A stretch of DNA of 64,000 bases, taken from the NCBI GenBank assembly GCA_034520945.1, contig JAXHNB010000009.1:64001-128000 (forward strand). Reading direction: 5' to 3'. The notes beneath the pieces are model-generated. The model was not told the origin of the DNA. It did no database searches and worked only from the letters and a program-made list of their open reading frames with translations. Every line of letters begins with the position of its first letter. Positions within the stretch are counted from its first letter, which is position 1. A program made the translations under genes and the position numbers. This document shows, piece by piece, positions 36,049-46,690 of this stretch. The DNA is from Trueperaceae bacterium. Lineage in GTDB: Bacteria; Deinococcota; Deinococci; Deinococcales; Trueperaceae.

Positions 36049-38790
36049 ATGACGCGTAGGAGCGGAGCCACAACGGAGGCCGCATCGTTCGAGGACCGCG
36101 GCTGGCACGCGTGGGACGTGGACGAGGCACTGGCGGCGCTGCGGTCCGACTGGTCGGGCCTCACCACCGAAGAGGCGCGGCGCCGCCTGGGGACGGACGG
36201 GCCGAACGTCCTGCCCGAAGAGCCGCCCGTGCCCGCCTGGCGGCGCTTCGCGCGGCAGTTCGCCAACCTGTTGATCTACGTGCTGCTGGCCGCGGCGGCG
36301 TTGACGGCCACGTTCGGCGATTGGATCGAGACCGGCGTGATCCTGGCGGTGGTGCTGCTCAACGCCGTCATCGGATACGTGCAGGAGGGCCGGGCCGAGG
36401 CGGCACTGGCGTCGTTGCGCGACATGCTGGCGCTGGACGCGACCGTGCTTCGGGACGGCCGCAGGCGCGAGATCCCCGCGGCGGAGCTGGTGCGGGGCGA
36501 CGTGGTGGTGCTGGAACCCGGCGACAAGGTCCCCGCCGACGTGCGGGTGGTGGCTGCGCACGACCTGCGGGTGGAGGAGGCGGCCCTCACCGGCGAGTCG
36601 GTCCCGATCGACAAGCACCGCGAAGCGGTGGCGGACGATGCGGCGCTGGGGGACCGCCGCTCGATGGCGTTCTCGGGCACGACCGTGGCGGCGGGCGCCG
36701 GGCGCGGGCTGGTGGTCGCGACCGGGCAGGACACGGAGGTCGGCCGCATCGGACAGATGGTCGCGCGGGTGACGACGCTGCGCACCCCGTTCCTGGAGAT
36801 GATCGATCGCTTTTCGCGCACGCTGGCGTACGTGATCACGGGCGCCAGCGCGGCGCTGTTCGCGTTCGGCGTGCTGGTCCGGGGGTACCCAGCGAACGAG
36901 GCGTTCCTGATGGTCATCGGGCTGGCCGTCGCGGCGATCCCGGAAGGCCTGCCGGCCATCATCACCATCACGCTGGCGTTGGGGGTGCAGCGCATGGCCC
37001 GACGCCAGGCGATCGTGCGGCGCCTGCCCGCGGTGGAGACGCTGGGCTCCGTGACGACGATCTGCACCGACAAGACCGGCACCCTGACGCGGAACGAGAT
37101 GACGGTGCGGGCGGTGCGAACGGCGGACGCCACCTTCTCTGTCGAGGGCGAGGGGTACGACCCGCACGGCGCCGTCACGCGGGAGGGCGAACCCGACGTC
37201 GACGTCGACGATCCGGACCTGCGCTTCCTGGCGCGCATTGGCGCGCTGTGCAGCGTCGCCGAGTTCCGCACCGACGAGCACGGCGGCCGGGCCCTGTCGG
37301 GCGACCCGACCGAGGGGGCGGTGCTCACGCTGGCGCACAAGCTCGGTGTCGACCAGGAACATCTGGACGCCGTGCCTCGGTTGGACCTGCTGCCGTTCGA
37401 GTCGGCGCGGGGGTACGCCGCCAGCCTGATCGCGGACGAGGACGGTCCTCGCATCGCCGTGAAGGGCGCCCCCGAGCGCGTCTTGGACCGCTGCAGCCAC
37501 GTACGGACGGCGTTCGGCGATGCGGTATTGGAGCGCGAGCGGTGGGAGCACGTGCTGGACGATTTGGCGTCGCAGGCCTACCGGGTGCTGGCGGTGGCCA
37601 CCAAGGCCGTCCCGGCGGGAACGGACCGGCTGCGGCACGCCGACGTGGCGTCGGGCCTGACGCTGCTGGGCGTGCTGGCGCTGATGGATCCACCGCGCCA
37701 AGGGGTGAAGGAGGCGCTCGCGGCGTGTCACCGGGCCGGCATTCGCGTGCTGATGATCACCGGCGACCACGCCCGTACCGCCGGCGCGATCGCGTCGCAG
37801 TTGGGCCTCCGCGGCCCGGACGACGGCGCGGTCCTGGCCGGACCCGAGCTCGAGGAGATGGACGACGAGGCCTTGGACGAGGCGGTCCTGCGCCACACCG
37901 TGTTCGCCCGCTCCAGTCCCGAGCACAAGCTGCGGATCCTGCAGGCCTTGCAGCGTCACGGCGAGGTGGCCGCCATGACCGGCGACGGCGTGAACGACGC
38001 GCCGGCGCTGAAGCGCGCGGACGTGGGGATCGCCATGGGCCTCAAGGGCAGCGAGGCCGCCAAGGACGCCTCGGAGATGGTGCTGGGCGACGACGACTTC
38101 ACCACCATCACGCAGGCCGTGGCGGAGGGGCGCACCACCTACGACAACCTGAAAAAGGCGATCCTGTTCATCCTGCCCACCAACGGGGCCGAGGCGCTGG
38201 TCGTCACCGCGGGCATCCTCGCGGCCGTAACCGCGCTGCCCATCACGACCGTGCAGATCTTGTGGGTCAACATGGTGACGGCGGTCACGCTGGCCCTGGC
38301 GCTGGCCTTCGAGCCCGCGGAGTCGGACGTGATGGCGCGTCCGCCCCGCGCGCGCAACGCGCCCATCCTGTCCCGCTACCTGGTGGGGCGCATCGCGTAC
38401 GTCTCCGTTCTGCTTGGCGGGGCGACCCTGCTGGCGTACTTCCTGGCCTTGCAGCGGGGCTTCGACGTGAACTACGCCCGCACGCTGGCCGTGAACGTGC
38501 TGGTGGCGGGCGAGGTGGTGTACATGGTGAACGTGCGCGTCCTAACGGGCTCGGCGCTGCTGGGCGGCCGCCTCCTCGCCAACCCGGCCGCCCTGGCGTC
38601 GGTCGCGGTGCTGGTCGTGGTGCAGGCGGTGTTCACCTATGCGCCGCCGTTCCAACGCTGGTTCGGCACGGCGCCGCTGGGTGCGGGGGCATGGGCCTGG
38701 GTGGCGGTGGCGGGCCTGGCGCTGTTCGCGGTAGTCGAGATCGAGAAGGTCGTCACGCAGCGCCTGCAAGCTCGGCGCGCCACGCGCTGA
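36049..38790 (+). CDS. Cation-transporting P-type ATPase (type IIA-like)
   Basis: LTGES, IPEGLP, DKTGTLT, KGAPE, TGDGVND, QILWVNMVT. Confidence 0.95.
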   Translation: MTRRSGATTEAASFEDRGWHAWDVDEALAALRSDWSGLTTEEARRRLGTDGPNVLPEEPPVPAWRRFARQFANLLIYVLLAAAALTATFGDWIETGVILAVVLLNAVIGYVQEGRAEAALASLRDMLALDATVLRDGRRREIPAAELVRGDVVVLEPGDKVPADVRVVAAHDLRVEEAALTGESVPIDKHREAVADDAALGDRRSMAFSGTTVAAGAGRGLVVATGQDTEVGRIGQMVARVTTLRTPFLEMIDRFSRTLAYVITGASAALFAFGVLVRGYPANEAFLMVIGLAVAAIPEGLPAIITITLALGVQRMARRQAIVRRLPAVETLGSVTTICTDKTGTLTRNEMTVRAVRTADATFSVEGEGYDPHGAVTREGEPDVDVDDPDLRFLARIGALCSVAEFRTDEHGGRALSGDPTEGAVLTLAHKLGVDQEHLDAVPRLDLLPFESARGYAASLIADEDGPRIAVKGAPERVLDRCSHVRTAFGDAVLERERWEHVLDDLASQAYRVLAVATKAVPAGTDRLRHADVASGLTLLGVLALMDPPRQGVKEALAACHRAGIRVLMITGDHARTAGAIASQLGLRGPDDGAVLAGPELEEMDDEALDEAVLRHTVFARSSPEHKLRILQALQRHGEVAAMTGDGVNDAPALKRADVGIAMGLKGSEAAKDASEMVLGDDDFTTITQAVAEGRTTYDNLKKAILFILPTNGAEALVVTAGILAAVTALPITTVQILWVNMVTAVTLALALAFEPAESDVMARPPRARNAPILSRYLVGRIAYVSVLLGGATLLAYFLALQRGFDVNYARTLAVNVLVAGEVVYMVNVRVLTGSALLGGRLLANPAALASVAVLVVVQAVFTYAPPFQRWFGTAPLGAGAWAWVAVAGLALFAVVEIEKVVTQRLQARRATR

Positions 38791-38821
38791 CGCGAGGGCG
38801 TCCCTGGGCGCCTCGCAAGCC

Positions 38822-39901
38822 TCACGCCGCGCGGCGCGCCACCTCGTCCCGCACCTGCGGCGCGACGCGCGTGCCGTACGCCTCGATCGCCTTCATGATG
38901 CGGTCGTGCGGCAGGCTGCCGACGCTGAACTGGATCATCACGCGATCGTGGTCGAACAGCTCGTGCTGGTGGAGGATCTTGGCGGCCACGCGGTCGGGGT
39001 CGCCCAGCAGCAGGTGCCCGTCCGGCTCGGCGTCGCGCTCGTACTGGCGGCGAGACATGGGCGGCCAGCCGCGCTCGCGGCCGATCTGGTTCATGACCGC
39101 CGCCGCGGAAGGGTACGACACGTCCAACGCCCCCTGGTGCGTCTCGGCGAGGAATCCGTGCCCGTTCACGCCGAGCTTCAAGCTGGCCGGATCGTGCCCG
39201 GCACGGCGTCCGGCCTCGCGGTACAGCTCGACCAGAGGCGTGAACCGCTCCGGCCTTCCGCCGATGATCGCCAGCGCCATCGGCAGCCCCAGCGTGCCGG
39301 CCCGCACCGCGGAGGCGGGCGTGCCGCCGACGGCGAGCCACACCGGCAGCCGCGCCTGCTGCGGCCGCGGGTAGATGCCGGCGTCCTGTAGCGGCGGCCG
39401 GTGACGCCCCTGCCACGTCACCCGCTCCCGTTCCCGAAGCTGGAGCAGCAGGTCGAGTTTCTCCTCGAACAACGCCTCGTAGTCGTTCAGGTCGTACCCG
39501 AACAGCGGGAACGACTCGATGAACGAGCCGCGGCCGGCCATGATCTCGGCGCGGCCGGCCGACAGCAGGTCCAACGTTGCGAACGACTGGAACACCCGCA
39601 CCGGATCGTCGGAGCCGAGCACGGTGACGGCGCTGCTCAAGCGGATGCGCGAGGTGCGTGCCGCCGCGGCGGCCAGCGTCACGGCCGGCGCCGAGCTGAC
39701 GTACTCGGGGCGGTGGTGCTCCCCCAACCCGTAGGCGTCGAGGCCGACCTGGTCGGCGAGGACGATCTCCTCCACCAGGTCGCGCAGGCGCTGGCCGGGC
39801 GTGTCGGTCCTGCCGGTGTGCGGATCGGGCGTCCGCTCGGCGAAGGAGTACACGCCGAGTTCGAAGGGGGCTTGCGGTCGCGTCGCGTCGGGCGTGGGCA
39901 C
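38822..39901 (-). CDS. LLM-class flavin-dependent oxidoreductase
   Basis: [37 protein letters not shown]. Confidence 0.92.
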   Translation of the reverse strand: MPTPDATRPQAPFELGVYSFAERTPDPHTGRTDTPGQRLRDLVEEIVLADQVGLDAYGLGEHHRPEYVSSAPAVTLAAAAARTSRIRLSSAVTVLGSDDPVRVFQSFATLDLLSAGRAEIMAGRGSFIESFPLFGYDLNDYEALFEEKLDLLLQLRERERVTWQGRHRPPLQDAGIYPRPQQARLPVWLAVGGTPASAVRAGTLGLPMALAIIGGRPERFTPLVELYREAGRRAGHDPASLKLGVNGHGFLAETHQGALDVSYPSAAAVMNQIGRERGWPPMSRRQYERDAEPDGHLLLGDPDRVAAKILHQHELFDHDRVMIQFSVGSLPHDRIMKAIEAYGTRVAPQVRDEVARRAA

Positions 39902-40170
39902 CCCCGAATGGTACGGAGCGCCGGGGTGCCGCGGCGTCGTCCCGGCGTCGGCGCGGACCGCTCGGGCAGGCGGACGGGCCGCTGCGTGGGCCTTCGCGCG
40001 CGCCGTCGCGGGGCGTGGACCTTCGCGTCGACCGCTGCGTGGGTCGCGTGTGACGCGGCCCTACGCGTGTGCGCGCGCCTGCATCATGCGCCGAGTGGCG
40101 CGCAAGTCGTGGGTTCCACCGTCCCTGACGGGACGAATCGGCCCCGTGCACCTCCCGCCGCGGTCCAGGG

Positions 40171-40190
40171 GTGCGCCACATGTGGCGCAC
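40171..40190. repeat. Perfect 20-bp intergenic palindrome
   Basis: GTGCGCCACATGTGGCGCAC. Confidence 0.6.
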
Positions 40191-40268
40191 TTCGGGCCAA
40201 AACGCGCGCGCTCGCGTAGGTCCCCGCGCACCACCCTCCCGCGGACCAAGATCGAGGCGGCGGCGGGC

Positions 40269-41222
40269 TCAGCTGGGTGACGGCGCGTCGACCTGAAAGC
40301 GCATCCGAAGCCACTGGGCCAGCGCGTCCCAGGCGGCGTGGGTCGAGCGAAACGGCGGCTCGGCGGTGAGCACCCCGTGCACGGTGCCATGGAGCTGCAG
40401 GTGGCGCACGTCGACGCCCTCCTCCGCCAGGCGGCGGGCGTAGGCGTCGCCCTCGTCGCGCAGCGGGTCGTACTCGGCCGTCAACACGAAGGCGGGGGGC
40501 AGGTCCGCCAGGCTGTGGGCCAACAGGGGCGAGGCGTCGGGATGCGCGGCCTCTTCGGCGCTACGGACGTACTGCCGGGCGAACCAGTCCATCGCTTCCT
40601 GCGTGAGGCCGTAGCCTTCGCCGTTTTCGCGCCGCGACGGGTAGGTCGCTTCGCGTAGGTCGGTGACCGGATAGATCAGGGCCTGCCCCGCCAGCGCTGG
40701 GCCCTCCTCGTCGCGGAGTCGGCGCGCCACCACCGCCGCCAGGTTGCCGCCGGCGCTGTTGCCGGCCACGACCACACGGTCCGCGTCGATGCCCCAGGCG
40801 TCGGCGCGGTCCAGCACCGCGCGCGTGGCCGCGACCGAGTCCTCCACGGCGGCGGGGAACGGCGCCTCGGGCGCGCGCCGGTAGTCGACCGACACCACGG
40901 TCGCCTCCGCGGAACGGCACGCGCGCCGGGCGGCCTCGTCGTGCGTGTCCAGGTCGCCAAGCACGAAGCCGCCGCCATGCAGCCACACCACGCACGGGTG
41001 CGGGCCGGGGACAGCCGGGGTGTAGATCCGCACCGGAATCGCACCCGCGGGTCCCGGTACGCTCGCGTCCCGCACCGCGCCGACGGGGGTTCGCTGCGCC
41101 CGTTCCAGGTGCGGCGTGCGGATCGCCTCGCGGGCCGCGTCGAGGGATACCTCCCATGGCTCCGGGGGCGTCTCGCCGTGCAGCTGCTCCAGGTAGGCAC
41201 GAACGTCGTCGTCCAGCGGCAT
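40269..41222 (-). CDS. HSL-family alpha/beta hydrolase (esterase)
   Basis: HGGGF, GNSAGG, AEYDPLRDEG, HG. Confidence 0.92.
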   Translation of the reverse strand: MPLDDDVRAYLEQLHGETPPEPWEVSLDAAREAIRTPHLERAQRTPVGAVRDASVPGPAGAIPVRIYTPAVPGPHPCVVWLHGGGFVLGDLDTHDEAARRACRSAEATVVSVDYRRAPEAPFPAAVEDSVAATRAVLDRADAWGIDADRVVVAGNSAGGNLAAVVARRLRDEEGPALAGQALIYPVTDLREATYPSRRENGEGYGLTQEAMDWFARQYVRSAEEAAHPDASPLLAHSLADLPPAFVLTAEYDPLRDEGDAYARRLAEEGVDVRHLQLHGTVHGVLTAEPPFRSTHAAWDALAQWLRMRFQVDAPSPS

Positions 41223-41379
41223 GCGTCCTCCGTTCACGCGCCGTTGCCGCGCGGGCATGGGCGCGTATCGCACGGTACCCGCTGGCGCGCTACCATGCCG
41301 GGACGATGTTCCCGTGCGCGGCACCCCCACCTCGCGGCCCGGCAGGCCGGTCGTCACCACGCGAAGGCCGGCCTTGAAC

Positions 41380-41582
41380 GCTGCCCTGTTCGTGCCGTGC
41401 TACGTCGACACGCTGTTTCCCGACACGGGCAAGGCGGTGGTGCGGCATCGCTACGGGTGGCTGACGGCACGCACGGGCGACGCGGAACTCGAGCCCGAGG
41501 TGGCCGCCATGACCCGCGGGTTCGGGAGTTCAGCGAGTTTCTCGTCGACGACCTGGACTCGACCGACGCCGGGGCGTTCTGA
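41380..41582 (+). pseudogene. Internally deleted, degenerate copy of the lutA 5' region
   Basis: [21 protein letters not shown] identical in protein to the 52641+ sequence, then continues as the 52888+ sequence. Confidence 0.85.
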
Positions 41583-41710
41583 GACACGACCTCGTGCTCG
41601 GTCGTGATCGCCGTCGTTCGTGCGGAGGCGTGAGCCTGCGGCGGGGGTTGGATCACCCCCTGCGCTAGCATGCCTGTCGCACGCATTTCCGCGCAGCGAG
41701 AGGAGGGGCC

Positions 41711-42032
41711 ATGACACGCATAGGGTTCGTGTTGAAGGTAAAGCAGGATCGGATCGAAGAGTACCGTCGGCGCCACACGGAGGTCTGGCCCGACATGCTC
41801 CAGGCGTTGCGAGAGGCGGGCTGGCACAACTACTCTCTTCCTCGCCCCCGACGGCACGCTGTTCGGCTACTTCGAGACCCCTGCTTCGCTGAAGGCGGCC
41901 CAGGCGGCGATGGCCACGACGGAGGTCAACGACCGCTGGCAAGCGGAGATGGCGCCATTCTTCGAGCTACCGCCGGGGGCTGCGCCGGACACGGGCATGC
42001 TCGTGTTGGAGGAGATCTTCCACCTCGAGTGA
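41711..42032 (+). CDS. rhaM: L-rhamnose mutarotase with a frameshift near 41838 (probably a CT-repeat error)
   Basis: EEYRRRHTEVWP...NYSL then DGTLFGYFE...VNDRWQAEM...EEIFHLE; span is 3n+1. Confidence 0.85.
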
Positions 42033-42140
42033 CGCTCCCGGGTGACGCAGCTTCGGAGCCCGGCCTCCAGAAAGACGAGCGAGGAGGCACACCTCCCCGC
42101 TCGGTCCGAAGCCTGCGTCGCGTCGCGCGCGACGCAGGGC

Positions 42141-43121
42141 TCAGAAGTCGAAGTCGTCGATGTTGTCGGGCCGGAATACGAACGGGTCGCCCAGCAGGAC
42201 CCACATGCCGATGTCGTCCTCCTGCACCGTGAACGTGCCCAGGTCGCCCCCGTCGAACTCGTTGCCGGGCGCAAGACCGTCGGTCGCCAGCGCTTCGCCG
42301 GCGTACACGGCCAGGTAGCCGAGGTCGATGGGGTTCCACAGGATCACGGACTCGATGACGCCCGCGTCCATGAACGGCTTCATCTGGCGCGGCGTGGAGA
42401 GGCCCACCACGGCGACCTCGCCCGCGCGATCGGCCTGCTGGACCGCTTCGGCAGCGCCCGGGAAGGCCACGCTGGAAAGGCCGAACACACCTTCGAGGTC
42501 GGGATAGACCTGCATCAGGTCCTGGGTGACCGTGAAGGCGCGCTGTTGGTCCTCCTCGGCGGGGCGGACGTCGACGATCTCGAAGTCGGGGTAGTTCTCC
42601 TCGATGTGCGCCTCCATGGCGTCGAGCCAGGCGTTCTGGTTCGGTGCGGTGAGGCTGGATGTCACGACTGCGGCGCGGCCGTCCTCGCCGATCTGGGCGA
42701 CCATCTCTTCGATCATGGTCACGCCGATGCCCTCGAAGGTGGCCTGGTTGACGAACAGGTCGCGCGCGTTCGCGTCGGCGTCGAAGGTCACGACGTGGAT
42801 GCCCTCGTCCATGGCCCGCTCCAGGGCGGGTGCGATCGCCTGCGGGTCGTTGGCAGAGACCGCGATCACGTCCACACCAGCGGTGATGAAGTTCTCGATC
42901 AGCTGGATCTGGTCGTTGACGCTGGCCGTGGTGGGTCCGCGGTGGATCAGCTCGACATTGTCGAGCTCATTGGCGGCCTGGGTGGCGCCTTGCTCGGTCG
43001 CGGCGAAGTAGTCGATGCCGACCAGCTTTGGAATCATCGCGATTCGAACATCCTGGGCGAGGCCGAGGCCGAACGCGGCGGTCAGGGTAAGAGCGGCAAG
43101 GGTAGTGAGGAATCGTTTCAT
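42141..43121 (-). CDS. rhaS: Rhamnose ABC transporter substrate-binding protein
   Basis: Signal peptide; IPKLVGIDYF, APNQNAW, LWNPIDLGYL; rha context. Confidence 0.85.
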   Translation of the reverse strand: MKRFLTTLAALTLTAAFGLGLAQDVRIAMIPKLVGIDYFAATEQGATQAANELDNVELIHRGPTTASVNDQIQLIENFITAGVDVIAVSANDPQAIAPALERAMDEGIHVVTFDADANARDLFVNQATFEGIGVTMIEEMVAQIGEDGRAAVVTSSLTAPNQNAWLDAMEAHIEENYPDFEIVDVRPAEEDQQRAFTVTQDLMQVYPDLEGVFGLSSVAFPGAAEAVQQADRAGEVAVVGLSTPRQMKPFMDAGVIESVILWNPIDLGYLAVYAGEALATDGLAPGNEFDGGDLGTFTVQEDDIGMWVLLGDPFVFRPDNIDDFDF

Positions 43122-43261
43122 GGGTCATCTCCTCTTTCGGTTCGAAGGCGTGCGGGGGTCATTCTGGGCGGGTCGACCCCTCGAGGTCGGGGGGCGGATG
43201 GGGATGCGGACGGTCTCCGCGCATCACCTCCCTTCTGCGCGGCACGGGGACGCGCGCGCGT

Positions 43262-44218
43262 TCATGCGTGCCGGAGAAGGCGGTTCACCGCGACCGCGGC
43301 GATGAGGATCAGCCCGACGAACACCGCCTGCACTTCGAGCGGGACGAACGCCAGGGTCAGGCCGTTGCGGACGACCCCGATGATCAGCAATCCGAGCAGC
43401 GTGCCCAGGATCGAGCCCCGGCCGCCGGTGAGTGCGGTGCCGCCGAGCACCACCGCCGTGATGACGTCGAGCTCCATGAGGGTGCCCGAATCGCCGCGCG
43501 CGCTCGAGACGCGCGACACGAACACCACCGAGGCCAAACCACAGAGAACGCCCGTGGCCGTGTAGACGGCCAGCTGCAGGCGATCGACCGCGATGCCGGC
43601 GAAGCGGGTGGCGACCTCGTTGTGCCCGAAGGCGTAGAGGGAGCGCCCGAACGTGGTACGGCCCAGCACGTACGCGGCCAGTGCCGCCAACACCGCAAAG
43701 AGCAGCAATTGCGTGGGGAACGGTCCCACGTATCCCTGCCCCAGGAAGAAGAACACCTCCGGGAAGCCGCGATAGGAGTCCCCCTGCGCAATGCCCTGCG
43801 CGATGCCGCGGTAGATCGCGAGCGTCGCGAGGGTGATCACGAGCGGATGCACGCGCGTGGCGACCGTGAGGGCACCGTTGATGAAGCCCGCCAGACCTCC
43901 GAGGGCGATCGCGATCAGCGCGGCCAGCCACACGTGGGTACCGGCCACGAACAGCGCGCCCATCACGATGCCGCACATGCCGAGCATCGACCCGACCGAC
44001 AGGTCGATCCCCCCGGTGAGGATCACCATCGTCATGCCGAGCGAAATCAGGCCGATCTCGGCGATGAAGCGCGTGACGTTGAACAGATTGCGCGTCGTGA
44101 GAAAGGCTGGGGATAGGTTCGCCATCACAATGATGAGGATGCCGAGGACGAGGAGCAGCATCCCCTCGACCAGGAGGCTGCGGACCCAGCCGGGTTTTGC
44201 ATGCAGGAAGGCGGTCAC
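43262..44218 (-). CDS. rhaQ: Sugar ABC transporter permease
   Basis: GGIDLSVG, GRSLYAFGHN, ELDVITAVVLGG. Confidence 0.85.
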   Translation of the reverse strand: MTAFLHAKPGWVRSLLVEGMLLLVLGILIIVMANLSPAFLTTRNLFNVTRFIAEIGLISLGMTMVILTGGIDLSVGSMLGMCGIVMGALFVAGTHVWLAALIAIALGGLAGFINGALTVATRVHPLVITLATLAIYRGIAQGIAQGDSYRGFPEVFFFLGQGYVGPFPTQLLLFAVLAALAAYVLGRTTFGRSLYAFGHNEVATRFAGIAVDRLQLAVYTATGVLCGLASVVFVSRVSSARGDSGTLMELDVITAVVLGGTALTGGRGSILGTLLGLLIIGVVRNGLTLAFVPLEVQAVFVGLILIAAVAVNRLLRHA

Positions 44219-45177
44219 GACGCCTCCGCCGCCACCGCTCGGCGTCCGCGCCGCACGCGCGAGCGCACCACGTCGAAGCCGACCGCCAGGAGGATGAACA
44301 GGCCGTGCAGGCTCTGCTCCCAGAACGCGCTCACCTCGAGGAACACCAGAACGGTGCCGGTGACGCCTACCAGGAGTGCCCCCAATGCGATCCCGAAGAC
44401 CGTTCCCGACCCGCCGAAGATGTGAGCCCCGCCCACGACGACCGCCGTGATGACCAGGAACTCGTAGCCCGTGCCGATGTTCGATTGCACCGTGGCGAAG
44501 CGGGAGGCATAAACCATCGCGGCGACCGCGACGAGCGCGCCGTTCAGCGCGAACGCGCCGATGAGCAGCCGGGCGGGGTTCAGGCCCGAAAGCCGGGCCG
44601 CTTCCGGGTTCGAGCCGACGGCGTAGAGGCTCCGGCCCCAGGCCGTACGGCTCAGCACGTAGGCGAACACCACCAGGATCAGCCCGGCGATCCAGATCGG
44701 ATTGTCGACGCCGAACACGTCCCCGAGCGCGATCTGCCGAAAGCTGGCGGGAAGGTCGTACACCCAAGCGGCGCCCGTGAAGTACAGCATGGCGCCGCGG
44801 TAAATGCCCAGCGTGCCGAGCGTGACGATGATCGAATGGATCCCCAACTGCGTCACCAACAGGCCGTTGATCACGCCCAGCGCCACGCCGATGAGGACGG
44901 TCAGGAGGATCACGGCAGGCAGGGGGAATCCCGTCGTGGCGAGCGAGCCGGCGGTCATCGCGCACACCGCCAGGATCGAGCCGACGGAGATGTCGGGCTG
45001 CCCGGTCAGCACGACGGCCATCTGACCGAGGGCGCCGATCGCCACGTAGGAGGCGTTGACGAGAACGTTGTTGAGGTTGTCCAGGCCGAAGAAGGACGGT
45101 GCGAACACGAGGAGCACCGCGGCGATGGCGGCGAGGAACACCACGATGGACAGTTCGCGGCCGCGATCAACGTACAT
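44215..45177 (-). CDS. rhaP: Sugar ABC transporter permease
   Basis: DISVGS, GRSLYAVGSNPEAA, EFLVITAVVVGG. Confidence 0.85.
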   Translation of the reverse strand: MYVDRGRELSIVVFLAAIAAVLLVFAPSFFGLDNLNNVLVNASYVAIGALGQMAVVLTGQPDISVGSILAVCAMTAGSLATTGFPLPAVILLTVLIGVALGVINGLLVTQLGIHSIIVTLGTLGIYRGAMLYFTGAAWVYDLPASFRQIALGDVFGVDNPIWIAGLILVVFAYVLSRTAWGRSLYAVGSNPEAARLSGLNPARLLIGAFALNGALVAVAAMVYASRFATVQSNIGTGYEFLVITAVVVGGAHIFGGSGTVFGIALGALLVGVTGTVLVFLEVSAFWEQSLHGLFILLAVGFDVVRSRVRRGRRAVAAEAS

Positions 45178-46690
45178 GGGCTGACTCCTCGCTCCCGGTC
45201 GTCGCCGGTGCACGGACGCCGGTGGCGGCGCGCATCACGGCCTCGGCGGTGGCGCCACGGTCGAGCTGCTTGGCAACGCGGCCGCGATGCATCACCAGAA
45301 TGCGGTCGGCCATGCCGAGCACCTCCTCGAGATCGGAGGAGATGAGCAGCACCCCGATGCCCTCGCCGGCGAGGCCATCGATGAGGGCATGGATCTCCGT
45401 CTTCGCGCCGACATCGACGCCCTGTGTGGGTTCGTCCAGAATCAACAGCTTCGGCTCGGCGGCCAGCCACTTGGCGAGGACCACCTTCTGCTGGTTGCCG
45501 CCGGAGAGGGTGTCGGTGCTGAGGTCGGAACTCGGCGTGCGGATGCGCAGCGTCTCGACGAAGCGGTCCGCGATCGTGCGCTCGCGCGCGTCGACGAGCG
45601 TGCCGCCGCGGCTGACGCGGTCCAGGATGGGCAACGTCACGTTGTGCCGAATCGGGAACGGCAGGACCAGTCCCTGCAGCGTACGGTCCTCGGGGAGGAG
45701 CCCCACACCTGCCTTGACCACCCGCCACGGCGTGGTGGGCAGCGGCGTGCCCGCGAGGCGCACGGTGCCGTCGTCGTAGTCATCGATCCCGTAGATCGCG
45801 CGGGCGACTTCGGAGCGTCCGGAGCCGACGAGGCCCGCCATGGCCACGATCTCGCCCTCCCGAACATCGAACGATACATCGTCGAACACACCGGCGCGGC
45901 GCAGGTCGCGGACCTCCAGAAGCACCCTGCCCGGCGGGTGCGGCTCGTGGGCGTACAGCGCCCCCAGGTTGCGGCCGACCATCATCTGGATGAGGGCGTC
46001 GTGATCCACCTCGCTCACCTCGGAGGTGCCGATCCGGGCCCCGTCTCGGAGCACGGTCACGCGGTCGGCGATCCGGAAGATCTCCTCCAGCCGGTGTGAG
46101 ATGTAGACCACGGCCACACCCGCGGCGCGCAGTTCGCGCACAATGCCGAAGAGGCGCTCCACGTCGTCGCTGGGTAGCGCCGCGGTGGGCTCGTCCATCA
46201 CGATGATGCGGGCGTCCCGGAGGAGGGCGCGCGCGATCTCGACGAGTTTGGTCTGGGCGCGGCTCAGCGCGCCACCGCGGGCCTTCAGCGGGATGTGGAC
46301 GTCGAGGCGTTCGAACACCTCGCGCGCGCGGCGTCGCATTTCGGTCCAGTCGAGCGTGCCGAACCGCGTCCGAGGTTGAGAACCCATGAAGAGGTTTTCG
46401 AGGACGGACAGGTCCGGATAGAGGCTGCCCTCCTGGTAGATGGTGGCGATGCCCAGTTCCTGAGCGTCGCGGGGCGCGCTCAGGTGGACCTCGCGCGCAT
46501 CGACGTGGATCGCCCCGGCGTCGGGCGCGTACACCCCGGAGAGAATCTTGATGAGCGTGCTCTTTCCAGCGCCGTTTTCGCCGAGCAGCGCGTGAACCTC
46601 TCCGGAATAGACCGTGAAGTCGACGGACCGAAGGGCATGCACGCCGCCGAAGCGCTTGTCGATGCCGCGCATGCGAAGAAGGTCAGGCAT
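45167..46690 (-). CDS. Sugar ABC transporter ATP-binding protein (two NBDs)
   Basis: GENGAGKS, MDEPT, LSGGNQQK, LDEPTQGVD. Confidence 0.93.
   Translation of the reverse strand: MPDLLRMRGIDKRFGGVHALRSVDFTVYSGEVHALLGENGAGKSTLIKILSGVYAPDAGAIHVDAREVHLSAPRDAQELGIATIYQEGSLYPDLSVLENLFMGSQPRTRFGTLDWTEMRRRAREVFERLDVHIPLKARGGALSRAQTKLVEIARALLRDARIIVMDEPTAALPSDDVERLFGIVRELRAAGVAVVYISHRLEEIFRIADRVTVLRDGARIGTSEVSEVDHDALIQMMVGRNLGALYAHEPHPPGRVLLEVRDLRRAGVFDDVSFDVREGEIVAMAGLVGSGRSEVARAIYGIDDYDDGTVRLAGTPLPTTPWRVVKAGVGLLPEDRTLQGLVLPFPIRHNVTLPILDRVSRGGTLVDARERTIADRFVETLRIRTPSSDLSTDTLSGGNQQKVVLAKWLAAEPKLLILDEPTQGVDVGAKTEIHALIDGLAGEGIGVLLISSDLEEVLGMADRILVMHRGRVAKQLDRGATAEAVMRAATGVRAPATTGSEESAHVR

Noticed and set aside
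35995..39374. Very long alternative-frame and antisense ORFs (e.g. 1087 aa here; also 26982-29792, 8317-10851, 50170-52515)
   Set aside because: Arg/Gly/Pro-rich or antisense shadows of well-supported genes, expected at high GC
36007..43192. Identical 17-mer ACCCCTCGAGGTCGGGG at 36007-36023 and 43176-43192
   Set aside because: Only two copies, and a match of this length is plausible by chance in 64 kb of GC-rich DNA
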